Shown here: in pieces, positions 16,456 through 26,900 of the stretch
Position numbering within the stretch: position 1 is the first letter of the stretch
Layout of the letters: the number at the start of each line of letters is the position of its first letter
Origin: Poseidonia sp.
Lineage (GTDB): Archaea; Thermoplasmatota; Poseidoniia; Poseidoniales; Poseidoniaceae
Direction: 5' to 3'
Assembly (NCBI GenBank): GCA_016779705.1
Contig: JADHNB010000003.1
Span: forward strand, 1-46,182
Length of the DNA stretch: 46,182 nt
Made by a program: the position numbers and the translations under genes
The notes under the pieces: generated by a model
What the model saw: the letters and a program-made list of their open reading frames with translations, nothing else
Database searches by the model: none
Told to the model about the DNA's origin: nothing

Positions 16456-18948
16456 TCACTCAAGCTGGTGCATGCGTGTCAAAGTTTCTGCAAAATCTGC
16501 GAGGGAATCAGGGATAGGAATGCCTGAGATGGGTTGGTTGAGGGAGACTCCGGCTTCCTTTTTCGCCCCCCAGACGTTCCCGTTGAAATCTTGCAACGCA
16601 TTGGACAATCCACACAACGCACGACCTTCGGCCGTTTGCGCTCCCACGCTCGGGAGGGGAGGGGCGGGGAAGGCGTCCACGTCCACGGAAGATTGGCCGT
16701 AGACCGTGCTCGAGATATGATGGGTGAAAAATGGACAGACCGGACTGAAAGCGGCCATGAAGTCGCGTACAATACGGTGAATGGTCCAGGTTGCTCCTGG
16801 GTCGTCGTCATACAAGCGTGATTTCACCATCTCGAGGTAATGGCTTGGCAGCAGACCTGTGCCGAAGGTCTTGAGCGCTTGCGTAGCGGTGTAGATGTCA
16901 AGGTGGGTCCAAGCGTGGTGAACGGTGTGCATCGTGGCTTGGAACTCCGCCAAAATCCATTCATCTTCGACGGCCAGCCCTTCCGGGACTTCATCCAAAT
17001 TATTTGGAGTTTCAAATTGAGAGGCGAATCGTGCGACATTGAACAGCTTCGTAAGAACACCAAAGTACTTCTTTTCAATTTCTTCAGGATTGATTTGGAA
17101 GTCGTCACCCACTTGAGCGTCGCAGGCCTTCCAAAGGCGAAAACATTCACTGCCAATTTTGTTGGCACGGAGACTGACTGAACCGTCAGGGCCCTTGATT
17201 TTCCAAGACCCTGTTCGTCCTGACGCACCGCATTCCAACACCGAATCGGCATCAATGCCGTTGCCGATGGATTTGCTCATCTTCCGACCCCATGGGTCCA
17301 TGCCCAAGCCGTCAATCCAGACGTGTTGGAACCCGGGCTGGTCGAGAACGAGCGTGGATTTGAGGAGGGTGTAATACAACCAAGTACGGACGATTTCTTT
17401 CCCTTGCGGCCGAAGGGCCGTTGGGAAGGCACGCTCAAACACCTCGGGGTGGTTCAGATAGCCCGAGACGAAGAGGTTGGAATTCGAGGAATCCATCCAG
17501 GTATCGAAGACTTTCTCTTCCCCGGTCAACTCTCCCAGCTCCGCTTTGAGGTCTTCGTATGCACCGAGGTCTTCTCGAGTGGTTCGGTCCAACACCCTGC
17601 TGCCAGTGGGCGGGTGGTCCTTCCAGGGTTGAACGTAGGTTCCGGAGGGTGGGACGACCACGAGTTGTTCATTTTGGCTGTACCAAATCGGTATTTCCGT
17701 GTGGTACCAGCGGCGACGGCTGATGGGCCAATCGATGCTGATGTTGTCCATCCAGTCCAGCAGGAATTGACGGTTTCGAGGTGGATGGAATTCGATGGCC
17801 TCAATGTGGGTTTTCATGCGATCTTGGATGTGGGTTTGACGGACGTACCATTCCTTGAGGAGAATGATTTCGACAGGGTTTTTGCCTCGTTCCGAAACGG
17901 GAATCTCTTGCTCCCGTTCAACGACGTTCAACAGGTCACCCTGACGTTCGAGCAGGTCAATGGCCGCTTGGCGGGCTTCGAGAACGGACAAGCCGGCGAG
18001 GGGGCCTGAAACCTTGGTCATGTTCCCGTCCAAATCAATGGCTTGGAACGGTGTTAAACCGAGCTCACGGAAAACAGCGACATCGTTCTGGTCTCCAAAG
18101 GAACAGACCATCAACACGCCCGACCCGAAATCGGATTTAACCGAAGGATGGGCTTGAATTTCCACTGAGGTTTCCCGGCCATGGGTTGGAAGCGGAAGGG
18201 ACACGGTTTTGCCAATCAAGTGGGCGTAACGTTCGTCGTCGGGATGAACCACCACCACGCCGCAAGCACAGATCATTTCGGGGCGTGTGGTCGAAATCGT
18301 GAGGGTCACGCCGTCATCGCATGTCCATTTCACATCAACGAGTTTGGTTTTTCGAGGCAATCGTTCAACTTCAGCATCGGCGATGGTCGTCCCTTCAACC
18401 GGGTCGTAGATGTTGGGTCGCAAATCTTCGACGATGTCGCCTTTCTTGAACAACTCCACGAAAATGGATTGAGTGACGCTGCGGTAATCCGGTGCATCGG
18501 TGAGGTATTCACGGTCGAAATCACAGGAGAGCCCGACTCGACGTGCGGTGTCTCGCATCGCTTGGGTGAACGATTCAATGGTGGTTTTGCAAAGCGCAAG
18601 GAATTCTTCCCGGTCGTAAGTTTTCATTTTCCTCTTGGTGTTCTTTTCAACCGTGAATTCGATGTTAATGCCGTTGCGGTCAACCCCCCAAGGGAAGTAG
18701 ACCTCTTTGCCCAAGAGGCGTTGGCTCCGAGCGATCACGTCGATCATGGAGTATTGGGCAACAGCGCCAATGTGCCACGTACCCGAGGGATAGGGAGGCG
18801 GTGTATCAATGACGAAGACCTCTTTTTCGCTGTCGGGCTTGAACGCGTACCGCTGATTGTATGAATCTCGGTCAGCGTAATGGGCCTCTTGAATGGTCTT
18901 TTCCAAATCGATGGACCAACGTTTTTCGGGAAGTTTTGGGTCTGGCAT
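16456..18948 (-). CDS. valS: Class Ia aminoacyl-tRNA synthetase, most likely valyl-tRNA synthetase
   Basis: 830 aa from ATG 18948. Contains IDTPPPYPSGTWHIGAVAQY...DVIARSQRLLGKEVYFPWGVDRNGI, which is archaeal ValRS-like with the HIGH box reading HIGA, plus the KMSKS motif (GRKMSKSIGNG). The length fits ValRS better than IleRS or LeuRS. The 149 codons upstream in the ORF track are non-homologous. Confidence 0.8.
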   Translation of the reverse strand: MPDPKLPEKRWSIDLEKTIQEAHYADRDSYNQRYAFKPDSEKEVFVIDTPPPYPSGTWHIGAVAQYSMIDVIARSQRLLGKEVYFPWGVDRNGINIEFTVEKNTKRKMKTYDREEFLALCKTTIESFTQAMRDTARRVGLSCDFDREYLTDAPDYRSVTQSIFVELFKKGDIVEDLRPNIYDPVEGTTIADAEVERLPRKTKLVDVKWTCDDGVTLTISTTRPEMICACGVVVVHPDDERYAHLIGKTVSLPLPTHGRETSVEIQAHPSVKSDFGSGVLMVCSFGDQNDVAVFRELGLTPFQAIDLDGNMTKVSGPLAGLSVLEARQAAIDLLERQGDLLNVVEREQEIPVSERGKNPVEIILLKEWYVRQTHIQDRMKTHIEAIEFHPPRNRQFLLDWMDNISIDWPISRRRWYHTEIPIWYSQNEQLVVVPPSGTYVQPWKDHPPTGSRVLDRTTREDLGAYEDLKAELGELTGEEKVFDTWMDSSNSNLFVSGYLNHPEVFERAFPTALRPQGKEIVRTWLYYTLLKSTLVLDQPGFQHVWIDGLGMDPWGRKMSKSIGNGIDADSVLECGASGRTGSWKIKGPDGSVSLRANKIGSECFRLWKACDAQVGDDFQINPEEIEKKYFGVLTKLFNVARFASQFETPNNLDEVPEGLAVEDEWILAEFQATMHTVHHAWTHLDIYTATQALKTFGTGLLPSHYLEMVKSRLYDDDPGATWTIHRIVRDFMAAFSPVCPFFTHHISSTVYGQSSVDVDAFPAPPLPSVGAQTAEGRALCGLSNALQDFNGNVWGAKKEAGVSLNQPISGIPIPDSLADFAETLTRMHQLE

Positions 18949-19113
18949 GTGCCTCACCTGGCCCCGCCTCGGTGAATGAGGTGGGTCCAGCCTGTCGGTA
19001 GAGGGAGGGCATTTGAATCCGTCGGAAGAGGCGCAACAAATCGTCGTGAGTCGGCTGCACGCAAAAGGTAAGGCTTTGAAGGACCCACACTTCCCACGGA
19101 CAACGGTGATACG

Positions 19114-22100
19114 ATGGATGCTGATGAGGGTGGGAAAAATCAACCCCCTTCGGATGGCCACGCGGCAACCAACGGTCGAATTGACGCGTTGGGTGAAAAG
19201 TCGAAAGCCGTTCGTGCCCAACTCTCCGGTCAACTCAAATCCATGGATTCCAAGAAGGCCTTGGACGCCGTTCTCGAAGCACCCAAACGGTTCAAGCGCG
19301 AGTGGCAAAAAAGCGGGGCTACCGGGGCCATCACCCGATTCCCCATCCCCACCATCATGGTGTTTCTGTTGCTCACGGTGTACTTTGTGACCCAATCAGG
19401 TTTCTTGGACGATACACGCTTTGACGACGACCCCAACAATCCCGCCCTGAACGTGAACGGCGATTTGGAAGTGTACTTGCCAGACGGGAGCAAAGTGGCT
19501 GAGTTGATTGGCAAGGTGGAGGAAGATTGGTCAACCAACGTGATGGTGGTCTACATTGAGTCCTCCAAATACAACATTACGGATCAGCGGATTCTTCAGG
19601 AAATCAGTTTTGTCGAAAACATCCTGAATCCATACCTCTCGGACGAGTCCGATGACGTGATTTACATTCTTTCGCTCTCAACCGTTTTGAAGGAAGTCAA
19701 TTCGAGTGCGCCCAGGATTCGAGACGCCATCATCACCGAAGTGGGTGAGTTGGGCTGCTCGAGCAATCCCGAAGATGATTGCATATCGAGGGAGTTCGCA
19801 GAAAACATCAACGAAGCTGCCCAATCAACGGACGAACAGTTTGGGGGCTCCTACGAAATTCCCAGTCAAACCACCATTGATTTGGTGATTGGAGAGATGT
19901 ACGAACAAGACGGTTCCCCCACCGCTGGCCTGAACAAACTCGCAAGGGACATTGAAGGCGGCGAAAACGGTGAGCCCGATGGTTTGTTGGACCGCGCCAT
20001 CATGGCGGTGGCCGTCACCGAGAATCGGCCCGCCAAAGACATCATTTCGGATACTCAGGAGGTGCTGGACACCCTGTCAGCGTTGGACCGCCCCTGCCGG
20101 TTTGAGGCCAACGGCGACCCCATCGAATCCGAGGGTCTGTGTGATTGGGATGATTTGGGTTTGAGCATGGTCCTCACCGGGCCGGTTCCCATCACCAACG
20201 CTGTGACCGAGTTCTCCTTCCGTTTGTTTTGGGAAATTTTCCCCATGGCGGTGGTTCTCGTGGCCATGGGTTTGTTCGTGTTTCACTCGGACCTCTTGCA
20301 GACGGGCCTCACGGGCATGCGTCCTCTTCAGGGTTTCAAGGTCGTGGTCATTGCGGGATTGCCGACCTTGTGTGCGGTTTTCTGGACTTTGGGCCTGATT
20401 GGTGCAACGAATTATGAAGTGACGATGACGGTGATTATCGTCGGTCCAATTTTGCTGGCCTTGGGTGTATCGTACGGCTTACACATTACCAATCGGTACG
20501 CTGAGGAAGAGGGGACGCGCAGCGAGAAAATGAAGGCCTCGCTGACATCAACCGGTCGCGCCGTTTTCCTTTCGGCGGTGACGACCGTCATCGGTTTCAT
20601 TTCCTTGGTGTTTACGCCCATGGCCCCCATTCAAACGGTGGGCATTGCGCTTTCGGGTGGCATCGTCATCGTTTACATCTTGACCATGTTTATGGTGCCC
20701 AACCTCACGTTGATCCTTGATTTGAAGAAACCCAAACATCCGCCCCTCAAGGCCTTTGATGTGCTGGTGGATGTGCCGGTGAAACACAACAAAGCCGTCA
20801 TCGGTGTCTTCATCATGCTCATCCTGTTGTCCGCCACCGTTGGTCAAGCCAACGTTGAGGAGAACATCGACTTGCTGGGAATGGCCCCGGAGGGCGAATC
20901 GCCCGTCGTGAAGATGAAGCAGTACAGCCAGGAATTTGAGGCGGGCCAGGTGGGCATGATTTTGGTCAACGCCAATGTAAGCGGGGATTTCAACGATAAC
21001 GACAATTCAAACGACGACCCGGTTGAAATCCTCGAGAAGATCAACAACTTGGAAGCCTCCCTCAACGAAGTGGAAAACACGACCGCCGTTTCAGTGGTGT
21101 TTTTGATGAAAGCCTCAGGTGTTCAGGTGACCGTGTCGGGTGAACAAGTGAACGAGTTGTTCCAACTCGTGCCTTGCGCCGGTGTTGATGGTTGCGAAGA
21201 CATCAAAGCTACCGCAGAGGTCTTGTTCAATCAAAGCCTTTCAGTGGACACTTCGTTCTGGGATTTGTTGACCAATCCAGATGATTTTAATCTCCCTGGT
21301 TCCCAACAAAGCCAGATTTTCCTCCTTGACGTGTTTTACGCTTCGCTCACCAAAGAGACCCGTGAAATTTTCGTGAGCGAGGATTTCAGTCGTTCCCTGA
21401 TTTACGTCGATATGCCCTTCATTCCAGTGGCTGATACGTCGAAAAGCGTTGATTCGGTGAACGAAAAGGCGGCCACCTTCCAAGGTCGCTACGGAGAAAC
21501 GGCGGAAGATTTGACCGGTGTTGCAGCGACGGCCATCGAAGTGAACGAACTCATCGTTGGTTCGCAATGGACCTCGCTTGGCTTCGCCATCATCCTCACC
21601 CTCATCACGCTGGCCGTTGTTTTCAGAGACATCCGCTACTCCATTTGGACCACGTCGCCGGTGATCGCCACGGTGGCGCTCCAATGGTTGGTAATGTGGA
21701 GGATGGACGTTCCCTTGTCCTTGGTCACCGTCATGATCGGGTCCATTTTGGTTGGCGTCGGTGTAGACTTTTCCATCCATATTGCCAATCGTATCCGTGA
21801 ACTGGGCGGTGGGATTCAAGCCATTCGCAATGCAGCGGTGGGTACGGGGATGTCCCTGTTCGAAGCGGCGGTGGTGACCTCCCTCGGTATGTTCACCGCC
21901 TACAACATTCCCATTCCTGAAATCCAGCCTTTCATCACCGTCATTTTGATTTTGCTCTGGGTCGCAGCGGCCAGTGCCCTCATTTTGCTCCCGGCCATTT
22001 TCGTTACCCTTGAGAAGATGGGCATCGGAGCGGTGAGCGGCTCGAACAACATGGCGAAAAAGTTGGGCCTTCTGCGGCTCCATGAATCAGGGATGGACGT

Positions 22101-22143
22101 GATGGAAGCCGCTCTGTTGGACGATGTGGTCGATGCTTGGTAG
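19114..22143 (+). CDS. RND-superfamily / MMPL-type predicted exporter (COG1033-like)
   Basis: 1009 aa with two six-helix bundles, each preceded by a large soluble loop. The bundles carry the typical GVSYGLHITNRY and GVGVDFSIHIANRI strings. Confidence 0.8.
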   Translation: MDADEGGKNQPPSDGHAATNGRIDALGEKSKAVRAQLSGQLKSMDSKKALDAVLEAPKRFKREWQKSGATGAITRFPIPTIMVFLLLTVYFVTQSGFLDDTRFDDDPNNPALNVNGDLEVYLPDGSKVAELIGKVEEDWSTNVMVVYIESSKYNITDQRILQEISFVENILNPYLSDESDDVIYILSLSTVLKEVNSSAPRIRDAIITEVGELGCSSNPEDDCISREFAENINEAAQSTDEQFGGSYEIPSQTTIDLVIGEMYEQDGSPTAGLNKLARDIEGGENGEPDGLLDRAIMAVAVTENRPAKDIISDTQEVLDTLSALDRPCRFEANGDPIESEGLCDWDDLGLSMVLTGPVPITNAVTEFSFRLFWEIFPMAVVLVAMGLFVFHSDLLQTGLTGMRPLQGFKVVVIAGLPTLCAVFWTLGLIGATNYEVTMTVIIVGPILLALGVSYGLHITNRYAEEEGTRSEKMKASLTSTGRAVFLSAVTTVIGFISLVFTPMAPIQTVGIALSGGIVIVYILTMFMVPNLTLILDLKKPKHPPLKAFDVLVDVPVKHNKAVIGVFIMLILLSATVGQANVEENIDLLGMAPEGESPVVKMKQYSQEFEAGQVGMILVNANVSGDFNDNDNSNDDPVEILEKINNLEASLNEVENTTAVSVVFLMKASGVQVTVSGEQVNELFQLVPCAGVDGCEDIKATAEVLFNQSLSVDTSFWDLLTNPDDFNLPGSQQSQIFLLDVFYASLTKETREIFVSEDFSRSLIYVDMPFIPVADTSKSVDSVNEKAATFQGRYGETAEDLTGVAATAIEVNELIVGSQWTSLGFAIILTLITLAVVFRDIRYSIWTTSPVIATVALQWLVMWRMDVPLSLVTVMIGSILVGVGVDFSIHIANRIRELGGGIQAIRNAAVGTGMSLFEAAVVTSLGMFTAYNIPIPEIQPFITVILILLWVAAASALILLPAIFVTLEKMGIGAVSGSNNMAKKLGLLRLHESGMDVMEAALLDDVVDAW

Positions 22144-22181
22144 GCGAGCAATCCATAGACCTCATGCGCTTGGGACCGTTC

Positions 22182-22655
22182 ATGAAGCATTGGTTGATGA
22201 AATCCGAGTTGGATGTCTATCCCTTTTCGCAGTTGGTCGCTGACGGCCAAACGCATTGGGACGGTGTAAGAAATTACCAAGCGCGAAACATGATGCGAGA
22301 TGACATGAAACTCGGCGACTTGGTCTTGTTTTACCATTCAAACACCAAGCCGCCGCATGTGGCGGGCGTTGCCAAAATTGTGACTGAAGGATATCCTGAC
22401 CACACCTCTTGGGACCGTCATGGGAATTACTATGACGAAAAATCGACCCCTGAATCGCCTCGTTGGTTCATGGTTGACATCGCACCCGTACGCGAATTGG
22501 CCATGGTATCCCTCGATGCCATGCGAGAAAATCCCGCTCTTGAGGGCATGTTGCTTCTTCGGCGTGGTCAGCGACTTTCCGTCCAACCGGTGGAAGAAGA
22601 GCACTTTGCAGAGGTGGTTTCCATGGCGGGATGCACCTTGGACGACGTGAGTTGA
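22182..22655 (+). CDS. EVE (PUA-like, DUF55) domain protein
   Basis: MKHWLMKSE...THWDGVRNYQARNMMRDDMKLGDLVLFYHSN..PPHVAGVAKIV is the canonical EVE-domain N-terminal signature. ATG 22182 is preferred over 22137, which overlaps the RND gene. Confidence 0.8.
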   Translation: MKHWLMKSELDVYPFSQLVADGQTHWDGVRNYQARNMMRDDMKLGDLVLFYHSNTKPPHVAGVAKIVTEGYPDHTSWDRHGNYYDEKSTPESPRWFMVDIAPVRELAMVSLDAMRENPALEGMLLLRRGQRLSVQPVEEEHFAEVVSMAGCTLDDVS

Positions 22656-22656
22656 G

Positions 22657-23874
22657 GTGGCGTTCATGGTAGGACCAATCCCTGTCTCCTCCCGTGCGGC
22701 TTCCATTGAGTACGCCATTCGTGACGTTGTGGTGCCGGCCACCGAACTCGAGGCGCAAGGCCATCGCATCCTCAAACTGAACATCGGGGACCCCATCGCC
22801 TACCCTGGCCTCCCCACGCCACCTCACATGGTTGAGGCCTACGCTGATGCTCTCCGGTCGGGTCGAAACGGGTATTCGCCCTCCTACGGACTGCCCGAAC
22901 TCCGAGCAGCGTTGGCGGACGATGAGCAACGGAAAGGGTGGCCAGCTCGACCCGAGGACATTTATGTATGCCACGGGGTTACGGAAGCCTTGCAGCTCAT
23001 CTTCGCCGCCGTTTTGGAGGAAGGGAGCAAGGTGCTTGCGCCAGGTCCGCATTATCCCCCCTACATGGCATATCCCCAGCTCTACGGTGGTGAAACGGTC
23101 GAGTACAACCTCCACGGTGACGATGATTGGAGACCAGATTTTGATGACATTGAGAAGAAAATGGACCAAAATGTTCGTCTTTTGGTGTTGATCAATCCCA
23201 ACAACCCTTGCGGCACCGTTTGCGGAAGGGATGACATCGATCGATTGTTGGGGATTGCTCGTGCCTATCCGAATTGCATCGTTGTTGCGGACGAGATTTA
23301 CGATGGCTTGGATTTCACTGGAAACCACGTATCGGTGGCCAGTCGGAGCAACGACGTCCCCGTGATTGCGCTCAACGGGGTCTCAAAAGTCTACTATGCT
23401 CCAGGCTGGAGAATCGGTTACATGGCTCTTCACGACCCGTTGGGTCGACTGACCCTCGTCCGAGACGGTCTTGAACGCCTGCTTCGTTCGCGGCTTTGTG
23501 CCTCGACGCCCGCCCAGTTGGGCTATTTGGCCGGTCTCACCGGTGACCGCACGTGGATGCAAACCTACAGTGAGCGGGTGAAGGCCCAGCGTGATTATTG
23601 CCTTCAACGAATTTCTGAAATCGATGGCCTTGAAGTGCAAACTCCCGGCGGAGCGTTTTACATGTTTGTGAAGTTGACCGACCCCAAATGGCAGGCCAAC
23701 GACAAAGAGTTCGTGTTGAGCCTCCTGCATGAAGAGAAGGTGCTGCTTGTTCACGGCAGTGGGTTTTCCCCTCAGCGAGGAAAGGGGCATGTTCGATTGG
23801 TGTACCTCGCTGAATTGGATGTGCTTGAGGATGCCTTTTCTCGAATTGAACGATTCCTAGCGAGACACCGATAA
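22657..23874 (+). CDS. Class I PLP-dependent aminotransferase, alanine aminotransferase-like
   Basis: Contains SIEYAIRDVV, LNIGDP, INPNNPCG, the PLP-lysine block NGVSKVYYAPGWRIGY, and RLCASTPAQ. It is collinear with Pyrococcus-type AlaAT as I recall it. GTG start at 22657 lies 1 nt after the EVE stop; alternative ATG at 22666. Confidence 0.88.
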   Translation: MAFMVGPIPVSSRAASIEYAIRDVVVPATELEAQGHRILKLNIGDPIAYPGLPTPPHMVEAYADALRSGRNGYSPSYGLPELRAALADDEQRKGWPARPEDIYVCHGVTEALQLIFAAVLEEGSKVLAPGPHYPPYMAYPQLYGGETVEYNLHGDDDWRPDFDDIEKKMDQNVRLLVLINPNNPCGTVCGRDDIDRLLGIARAYPNCIVVADEIYDGLDFTGNHVSVASRSNDVPVIALNGVSKVYYAPGWRIGYMALHDPLGRLTLVRDGLERLLRSRLCASTPAQLGYLAGLTGDRTWMQTYSERVKAQRDYCLQRISEIDGLEVQTPGGAFYMFVKLTDPKWQANDKEFVLSLLHEEKVLLVHGSGFSPQRGKGHVRLVYLAELDVLEDAFSRIERFLARHR

Positions 23875-23900
23875 AGGCGCCTCATGCAGACGGAGATTTC

Positions 23901-26900
23901 ATGAAGCATCATCCTCGCACTCCATCCATGCGCTGGTCAATTCGGGCATGGATGGTTGTTCTTGCAACCTTCCTTGCCTCAACTCCTGTCCGTGCATCCA
24001 CCGTTTCGGCCAGCACGGGGGTCACCGTTGATCTGGTCGCTCCATTGGGCATCGCTTTGGTCGTCGCCATCGTGATTCGTCGTTGGTTCATTCCTCAACA
24101 ACTCAAAAATTTGCAAGTTGCGTTTGAAATCGATGACGATTTGTACGAAGTGCATCGAATCACGCGTTCCCTTAGAGATTCACGACGTTTGCTCAAAGAA
24201 GGTCGAACCGGATTCGGTGTTTTGCTGTACATGATGGGGCTGACCGGTGTCCTCATCATCATTGCAGAGTTGTTGTTTAACGCCGATGTCTTTTCCAGCA
24301 TCAACCTTTACATCGTTGGGGTGCTGATTGGTATCCCTGTCTTTGTTTCACCATGGGAATCGTTGAGCAGCCTTCTCTCGAGCAAAAAGCGAGAAACGAA
24401 GACGTCCATCGGGGCAAATCTTCTCCGCCGCTTGACCACTTTGGCTTTGTTGTTGATTGCCACCGGACTCGTTTTGGCGTACGGGTTGCGAGTTGAGGGG
24501 AGTTTGACACCTACGTGGTTGGCGTTTGGCCTCTTGGCTTTCATGGCTCCCACCATTTTTGCTTACGGTCGAATCATGGGCGCCTCTTGGAACATGCTCC
24601 TCATTAGCAAGTGGCGCACCACTCGCGGCCGAAAAAACCCAATTGACCCTGAGAAGAACGGCTTCCTTGGTCGTTTGTTTTCATTGGTTTTGGTCCTGTT
24701 CCTCCTGACAATGCCCATCACGGCCCTCAACGGAATTTTGACCGTGTTCTATGTGATGCTCAATTCGCCTCCAAATTCCGAAGAGATTCTCAATTATGGA
24801 GGCATCATTGGTTATACCATTTATTTGAACATTGATTTGATCGCTGACATTCTCTTCCAACTTGAATTCATCAAATCGTTGCCGGAAATCTTGTCGCTTT
24901 ACCTCACGATGAACATCGCCATCGTTGGTCTTGCGTTCATCTTTGAATTGACTCGGAACTTAATTCTCGGCGGTCAAACGTTCGGTGGCATGTTTGGCGT
25001 GACCCTTGATACGCCGCGTGAAATCCGAGCGGAGAAGGCTGCGCAAGCTCGTCAATTGACCTTTGCCTTCGCCGGATTTTCAGGATACACGGTTCTCCTT
25101 TTGATTCTGGTTTGTTACAAAGAATTCGGAGATTTGATGCCGTTGACCAATTGGCTTGAATCACGTGGTTTTGACGAAGAGATGCGCCTCCTCACGACCT
25201 GGCTGTTCATCGCGGTTGGCCAAGCGGTCTTTTTGTTCGCTTGGCTTCTCTCCATAAGCCGATTTGGTACCCTTCGCAAGTTACGCTTTGACCTCAATCC
25301 CGACGAGCGACGGGAGGGTGCCGTGAAACTCGCAGGTGGCGACCGCCTTCAGCACCTGGTTGAAACCGCAGCCTTCAATGAGGACATTGACCTTCTGATT
25401 CGGATTCAAACGCATGATTTCCCTGGAGATCAAGCGCTGATTCGTCAGGAGCAATCTCGTGCCTCAATGTGGGAGAAAGCCCTGAGGGGATTGTGGCCAG
25501 AAGCCATTGAAGAGAGCCGAAAATTGTTGGCGCAGACCGGTGGCGACAACGATGAGGCACGAATGATCATTGCAACAGGTTACATCGCCCTACGTCGCCT
25601 TGACGCAGCGCGTGAAGCCTTGCACGGCCTCCAGCAACCTGAAGGATACGACGAGCCTGAGATTTTGTCATTCATTTGTGAGTGGATGGATCCGTGGCAC
25701 GGTTCCGTGACCGAAGACGACCTTTGGGATTGGGAAAACAATTCGGTCATTGACCATCTCCAAATGCTGCAAAACATGATGCGGTATTGGAGTCCACAGC
25801 CAAAGGACATGATGGTTCACAACGATCGCATTTCTCAGATTGGCCAGTTGACGATGGTGGCGCTTCTTCGAGCCCAACGATTGTACGACGAGGCCCTTGA
25901 ATTGTCGCTGTCACTCGTTCGAGGCGATCCGACGGGTGTTCGGCCCCGAATTGCGACGGCCCTCTGTTTGCTTGATACCGGACAATGGTTTGATGCCAAA
26001 ACCGTGGTCGATGAGCTCATCAAGAGCGATAGCAAAGACCCGAGGGTGATGGCCCTGGGTGTAATCTTTGGATACGGGAAGAAAGGAAACGAGCACATGG
26101 AAGTGTCCTTGCTCGTTGACGACGCCAAAACAACCCGTCACTGGATGGACGCCGCTCCGGTCAACGCCTATGCTGCGCTGCTCCAGAAAGGGGGTCTTGA
26201 CGAGGCTCTCAACGCCAACGTGATGGTGGCCGCCCATGAGGCGACCCGGCGGGCGATGCCACCGCGTTTTTCTCCAAGTGTGCTCGCCAATGTGTTCCAA
26301 TATCTGGTGTTGATTCCACTCTGGGTGGTCACGGGCATCCTGACGTACCAAGAAATTGGACCCGCTGAAGGCCTTTCTGCCTTGGCCGGATTGTTGTTCA
26401 TGCATTTCTCCTACGTGCGATTCTCTAGGCAGCAGGAGCATCAAATCAAGCACCGGGACCAACGGGGCTTGATCAAGTATGCAAAACGGATGCGTCGCTT
26501 CAAAGCCACACCGCAAGTGGACAACATCCCTATCGGAAATCACCTTCTGATGAGCGGGATTTTGGTCTCTGTGAACGGGGTTGTGCTGGATGTCGGCTTC
26601 CCCGCTTGGTTGTTTGAACGCTTGCCGAAGGAATCGGAAAAGAAGGTCCGAGGCCGGTTGAAGAGGCGGGCGGTCAACCTCGAGAAAGGCCGCACTCCAA
26701 GGGTCAGCCCTCTTGGCAAAGCCTGGTGGCTCAAGCGTCCGAAGGAGCACAATGAAGACGGCCCCATGCTGGAGCGTGAGATTGGTCCGGTAGCGTATCG
26801 TGGAAGGACGAATTATGTTCGCAAGAAGGAACCTCAATCTCTGAACGCTGCGGCTGAAGGGAAGGATGAACTTGTTCAGAACCGGTTTATCCCACGAAAC

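Noticed and set aside
18949-19395. 149-codon upstream extension of the ValRS ORF
   Set aside because: The sequence is Gly/Arg/Cys-rich and non-homologous, and it overlaps the divergent RND gene start. The conserved synthetase sequence begins right after ATG 18948.
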